This document shows, piece by piece, positions 60,009-64,000 of a DNA stretch of 64,000 bases. This DNA comes from Candidatus Woesearchaeota archaeon (GTDB lineage Archaea; Nanobdellota; Nanobdellia; Woesearchaeales; ARS49). A program made the translations under genes and the position numbers. Within the stretch, counting starts at the first letter, position 1. Each line of letters begins with the position of its first letter. The stretch is taken from NCBI GenBank assembly GCA_018302815.1, contig JAGVZE010000010.1:3523-67522 (forward strand), in the 5' to 3' direction. The notes beneath the pieces are model-generated. The model saw nothing but the letters and a program-made list of their open reading frames with translations, had not been told where the DNA came from and searched no databases.

Positions 60009-61136
60009 CTAAGGGGCTACCGGCAAGCCGAAACCTGCCGCAGGATCATCACCGGCAGCGTCAAGATCGTTCAGCATTGCAAGCTCATGCAAGTACGTTC
60101 TAGTCGCAGATGCACTGCCCTGCCAAAGCTTTGCCGCAAGACCAGACACGTGAGGCGTTGCCATCGACGTTCCGCTTATAGTGTTGTAGCATCCATTGTT
60201 CCAAGTCGATTCTACAGAAACGCCTGGGGCTGAGAGCTCAACTTCTCGCGCTTCGATAGTGAAGTCGCCGTCATTCACGCCTCTGCTGCTCCAGCTTGCG
60301 ACATTATTGTTCACATCAATTGCTGCGACAGCTACGACATTCGGATTCGCACCCGGATAATCTATCGAGCCGAAATCAGGACCATCGTTTCCTGCCGCTG
60401 CGACAATAAGAACGCCCTTTGAAACTGCATAATCTATCGCATCGCGAATCAAGCTGTTCTCAGCATCTGACCCGAGACTCATTGAAATTATATTCGCGCC
60501 CTGATCTGAAGCGTAACGAATAGCTGCCGCGATATCATCAGACCAGCAGCTGCCGCTTGAACCGCAAACTTTCACCGCCAAAAGAGTCGCCTCTGGAGCT
60601 ACACCGAATATTCCTAAATTGTCAGAACCGCCGTTAGCTGCGATTGTTCCTGCAACATGGGTTCCATGGCCATTGCCATCCTTGCAGCCATTCTGAATGC
60701 CAGAACGCGTCGCGTCCTTGCACAATGAAACTTTCAAATCACGATGGGAATTCACACCAGTATCAAGCACTGCGACTTTAACGCCAGCACCACCTGAACC
60801 GCCATTCACCCTAGAAACGCCCCAAGGAGTTCTTGAACTTGGCGTGCACGTCCTAACATTAGAGCTTGGCTTGCCTAAAATGTGATATGCTGGAAGCTCT
60901 TCAACCGCAGCTTCCTTTTTTAGCCTTGAAACCTGCTCAGGACGAACATCAGCTGAGAAACTTCTTCCGAATTCATGATGAATGCCAACCAATGCGCGAA
61001 CATTCGAAGCATCACTATGCGGAGTTATAAGCACACGAGTAAATTCCGGAACGTCATTTGCAAACGACATCAAAGCTGTCGTAAGCATCAACATCATTCC
61101 AAAAAATAAAACTGCGATTGTTTTTACGTTATTCAT
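60009..61136 (-). CDS. secreted subtilisin-like serine protease (S8)
   Basis: Signal MNNVKTIAVLFFGMMLMLTTALMSFA. Catalytic triad contexts DTGV (Asp), HGTHVAG (His) and GTSMATPHVSG (Ser). Confidence 0.85.
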   Translation of the reverse strand: MNNVKTIAVLFFGMMLMLTTALMSFANDVPEFTRVLITPHSDASNVRALVGIHHEFGRSFSADVRPEQVSRLKKEAAVEELPAYHILGKPSSNVRTCTPSSRTPWGVSRVNGGSGGAGVKVAVLDTGVNSHRDLKVSLCKDATRSGIQNGCKDGNGHGTHVAGTIAANGGSDNLGIFGVAPEATLLAVKVCGSSGSCWSDDIAAAIRYASDQGANIISMSLGSDAENSLIRDAIDYAVSKGVLIVAAAGNDGPDFGSIDYPGANPNVVAVAAIDVNNNVASWSSRGVNDGDFTIEAREVELSAPGVSVESTWNNGCYNTISGTSMATPHVSGLAAKLWQGSASATRTYLHELAMLNDLDAAGDDPAAGFGLPVAP

Positions 61137-61284
61137 ACAGATCACCTTGCACAAATTAGAGCACACCAGTATATAAATATTGCTCGTATCGTAATCATTC
61201 GTCAAACACCCTTTACTCACAAGATAGCAACTTTTTTAAACCACCCTCATCTAGCAGAGCAAATAACAATTGGGGGTTGTTAAT

Positions 61285-63327
61285 ATGATTTGGATCGTAT
61301 GGACTATCAGTATAATATCTATTCTTGTAGCGTTATGGATTATGCGAGGCGTTCTCGCAATGCCATCAGGCAATAAGCAAATGCAGGAAATTGCTGAAGC
61401 TATCCGCGTGGGAGCGAACGCGTTCATGAAACGCCAATATACCACAATTGGAATACTGAGCTTAGTACTTGCAGTAATCATATATGTCGTATACTACTTA
61501 ATCGGACAACAGGCGCTTGGTTTTAACACCTCGCTCGCATTCTTATTCGGAGCGATATGTTCCGCAGCAGCAGGCATCCTAAGCATGTGGATAGCTGTTC
61601 GCGCAAACGTGCGTGTAACCGCAGGCGCACAAAAAAGCTTAAACGATTCATTAAAGCCCGCGCTTCGCGCAGGACTTGTAAGCGGCCTATTTATCGTGTC
61701 ACTTAGCCTCCTTGGAATCGCAACGCTTTACACAATCTTCCAAGCAATGGGCGTTGACCCAAAAGAAATCCCCTTCCTGATCGTAGGGTACGGCTTTGGC
61801 GCATCATTTGTCGCACTATTTGCCCAACTTGGCGGAGGCATCTACACTAAAGCAGCAGATGTCGGCGCAGACCTAGTAGGCAAGATTGAGAAAAACATCC
61901 CAGAAGACGACCCGCGCAACCCAGCAGTCATCGCAGATTTAGTCGGCGACAACGTAGGCGACTGCGCAGGACGAGGCGCAGACATCTTCGAAAGCACCGC
62001 CGCGGAAAACATTGGAGCAATGATTATCGGAGTCGCATTGTACCCCGTATTTGGCACTAACGGGCTCCTCTTCCCCCTCATCGTGATGGCAATTGGCATG
62101 CTCGCAAGCATGATCGGCGTCTTTGTCGTCAAGGTTCGCGAGACAGGCAGCATTATGGGCGCACTCATCAAAGGTTATGCAGTGACGTCAATACTCGCAA
62201 CAGGAGCATTCTACTATATAACCATGAAAATGCTCGGCTCGATTTGGCTCTTCTACGCAGGCCTTGTGGGCATTGTGACCAGCATATTAATCGTCTTAAT
62301 CACAATATACTACACAGAGTCAGCATACAGACCAGTTAAGAAAATCGTAAAAGCATGCGAAACAGGACACGCGACAAACATCATCCACGGCTTCGCAATG
62401 GCACTAGAATGCACAGCAGCCCCCGTCCTTGTACTCAGCGGCGCATTACTCCTTAGCTATTACTTCGGCATGCGAACAGGAATCGACCACGGAGGCATCT
62501 ACGGCACCGCGGTTGCGACAATAGGCATGCTATCAACCGCAGCATACATCCTCGCAATGGACAACTTCGGACCAATCACTGATAACGCGGGAGGAATTGC
62601 AGAATTCTCCCACGCGCCAGCAGCAGTACGCAAGCGAACAGACAAGCTCGATACCGCAGGAAACACAACTAAAGCTTTGACCAAAGGTTACGCAATCGGA
62701 AGCGCCGCACTCGCAGCATTCCTCCTGTTTAGCGCATACCAAGACGAAATCGTGAAAATTGTCGGAGAATCGGGCCGCGTTGTGAATCTCACCAACATCA
62801 ACGTCTTCGTAGGCGCATTCATCGGCGCAATGCTTGTCTTTTTGTTCAGCAGCATGGCGATTCGCTCAGTCGGAGACGCCGCGCACGAAGTAGTCAATGA
62901 AGTCCGCAGACAATTCAAAAGCATACGCGGACTAATGGAAGGCACATCAAAACCAGACTACGCAAAATGCGTAGACATCTGCACCAAAGCAGCGCTTCGC
63001 GAAATGATGCTCCCAGGCCTTCTTGTAGTCGTTACGACCGTGCTTGTGGGTTTGTTACTAGGCGCTGAAGCAATCGCAGGCTTCCTCATGGTCGGCACAA
63101 TCGCGGGCATCTTAATGGCGCTCGTGCTGAACACCGGCGGCGGAGCTTGGGATAACGCCAAGAAACACATAGAATCAGAAGGCGGCAAAGGCTCACCAAG
63201 CCACCAAGCAGCAGTCACCGGCGATACTGTCGGCGACCCATTCAAAGACACAGCAGGCCCGAGCCTGCACGTGCTGATAAAACTGCTCGGCACACTAGCG
63301 CTGGTTTTAGCGCCGCTGTTCATTTAA
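61285..63327 (+). CDS. hppA: membrane H+-translocating pyrophosphatase (K+-independent type)
   Basis: GGG...[23 protein letters not shown] and the other H+-PPase motifs. GNTTKA (Lys rather than Ala) indicates the K+-independent subtype. Confidence 0.95.
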   Translation: MIWIVWTISIISILVALWIMRGVLAMPSGNKQMQEIAEAIRVGANAFMKRQYTTIGILSLVLAVIIYVVYYLIGQQALGFNTSLAFLFGAICSAAAGILSMWIAVRANVRVTAGAQKSLNDSLKPALRAGLVSGLFIVSLSLLGIATLYTIFQAMGVDPKEIPFLIVGYGFGASFVALFAQLGGGIYTKAADVGADLVGKIEKNIPEDDPRNPAVIADLVGDNVGDCAGRGADIFESTAAENIGAMIIGVALYPVFGTNGLLFPLIVMAIGMLASMIGVFVVKVRETGSIMGALIKGYAVTSILATGAFYYITMKMLGSIWLFYAGLVGIVTSILIVLITIYYTESAYRPVKKIVKACETGHATNIIHGFAMALECTAAPVLVLSGALLLSYYFGMRTGIDHGGIYGTAVATIGMLSTAAYILAMDNFGPITDNAGGIAEFSHAPAAVRKRTDKLDTAGNTTKALTKGYAIGSAALAAFLLFSAYQDEIVKIVGESGRVVNLTNINVFVGAFIGAMLVFLFSSMAIRSVGDAAHEVVNEVRRQFKSIRGLMEGTSKPDYAKCVDICTKAALREMMLPGLLVVVTTVLVGLLLGAEAIAGFLMVGTIAGILMALVLNTGGGAWDNAKKHIESEGGKGSPSHQAAVTGDTVGDPFKDTAGPSLHVLIKLLGTLALVLAPLFI

Positions 63328-63375
63328 TTTTTTATTACTTTTTTATTTTTCTAATTCTTTTTAATTATCAAATAA
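63328..63375 (+). terminator. T-rich archaeal-type terminator region
   Basis: ttttttattacttttttatttttctaattctttttaatt immediately after the hppA stop. Confidence 0.3.
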
Positions 63376-63485
63376 CAAGTTAATAACAAACGCACGAACC
63401 ATTGAATTTTAAATCATACGGTCTTGAAAGACCATTATCAAGTCGATTTGATAAGAACCAGAAATAAAATACTAAAAATAAAAAA

Positions 63486-63848
63486 TCAATCTTTGCTTAA
63501 AGCTAGCGTGCCGGACCCAGAAAGATAGAGCGAAACTAAGCCAGACAGTATTACGACGTCTTTTAGCGCCATCATCGCTTGTCCGCCCATCGCAGTCACG
63601 ACAATTGCCACTATTAAAACGACCATCAACGGAGCAGTCGAATACTTCAAGTGGAAACCAGTCAAAACAGCGGCTCCGCCAAGCAATTCTGTCAGGATTA
63701 AAAGCCAAGTCCACAATCCGGGAGCCGGAAAACCAAGCCCACCGAGCATCCCTACAACCATACTCGGATCGAGAAGCTTCATCGTACCTGCTACGACGAA
63801 AATGCCGCCGACACCAATCCTTAACGCAAACGGTCCATATTGTTTCAT
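63486..63848 (-). CDS. DoxX-family membrane protein
   Basis: MKQYGPFALRIGVGGIFVVAGTMKL and 3-4 TM segments in 120 aa are typical of DoxX. Confidence 0.6.
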   Translation of the reverse strand: MKQYGPFALRIGVGGIFVVAGTMKLLDPSMVVGMLGGLGFPAPGLWTWLLILTELLGGAAVLTGFHLKYSTAPLMVVLIVAIVVTAMGGQAMMALKDVVILSGLVSLYLSGSGTLALSKD

Positions 63849-64000
63849 AAAAACACCTCATCAGAAGCAGTAAAGAAATCGTATAAATGCTTTATTGTGC
63901 TGACTTCTCTAGTTGGCGGTACACGTGCGCAGCGGCAATCGCGCTAAGAGGCACCGTTAGAATGAGGCCAAGACCTGCAGGAATTGAGCCTAGCAAATTG

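Noticed and set aside
1-64000. CRISPR arrays, rRNA genes, IS elements/transposases/integrases
   Set aside because: No regularly spaced repeats and no recognisable transposase or integrase ORFs in the six-frame track. The only repeat structures are the paralog duplication, the tRNA 3'-end copy and the 14.6-14.9 kb palindromes.

Overview
Most of this 64 kb window is protein-coding, with 4-nt start/stop overlaps indicating operons. The features point to an archaeal, possibly DPANN-like, genome. These are: an archaeal-style SRP54 N-terminus; an AglB/STT3 oligosaccharyltransferase with a WWDFGY motif; a class III (type IV pilin-like) signal peptide 'MKRGQTS...'; a Dph6-like diphthamide gene; an intron-containing tRNA; and T-run terminators. 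Several gene sets are nonetheless bacterial-like: uvrBAC, CysDN, an IPT/Tzs-like isopentenyltransferase and a ClpX/HslU-like ATPase. GC content appears moderate by eye. I see seven blocks. (i) 0-10.6 kb holds mixed accessory genes: a metallophosphoesterase, a Dph6-like+GATase pair, a Qng1/DUF2419-like protein, an Ada-Zn protein, a Cys-rich lipoprotein, a tandem pair of unrecognised paralogs, SRP54 and Yip1. (ii) 10.7-14.9 kb is a tRNA-associated islet with HExxH and unknown proteins, a tRNA with a putative intron plus a partial copy of its 3' end, an IPT/Tzs-like gene, and a highly structured 330-nt intergenic region. (iii) 14.9-39.7 kb is a large surface-glycan / N-glycosylation cluster. It contains GT2-like paralogs, GT4 enzymes, two radical SAM proteins, a pilin-like protein, AglB, a methyltransferase, a membrane-GT4 fusion, a flippase, an AglH/GPT homolog, ATP sulfurylase CysDN, an ABC-2 exporter and two alkaline-phosphatase-superfamily 'sulfatase-like' paralogs. 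(iv) 39.8-46.1 kb is uvrB-uvrA-uvrC. (v) 46.8-52.2 kb has a Vps4-like AAA ATPase, a ClpX/HslU-like AAA+ with a novel N-domain, an FHA Ser/Thr kinase and an AroE-like dehydrogenase. (vi) 52.5-59.9 kb has a cupredoxin, a nucleotidyltransferase, DUF1385, an MBL hydrolase and a pyrB-tmk-giant ThyX-like-dcd cluster. (vii) 60.0-63.9 kb has a subtilase, a K+-independent-type H+-PPase and a DoxX protein. I found no CRISPR array, rRNA, transposase or integrase. All calls are by-eye motif recognition; no searches were run.
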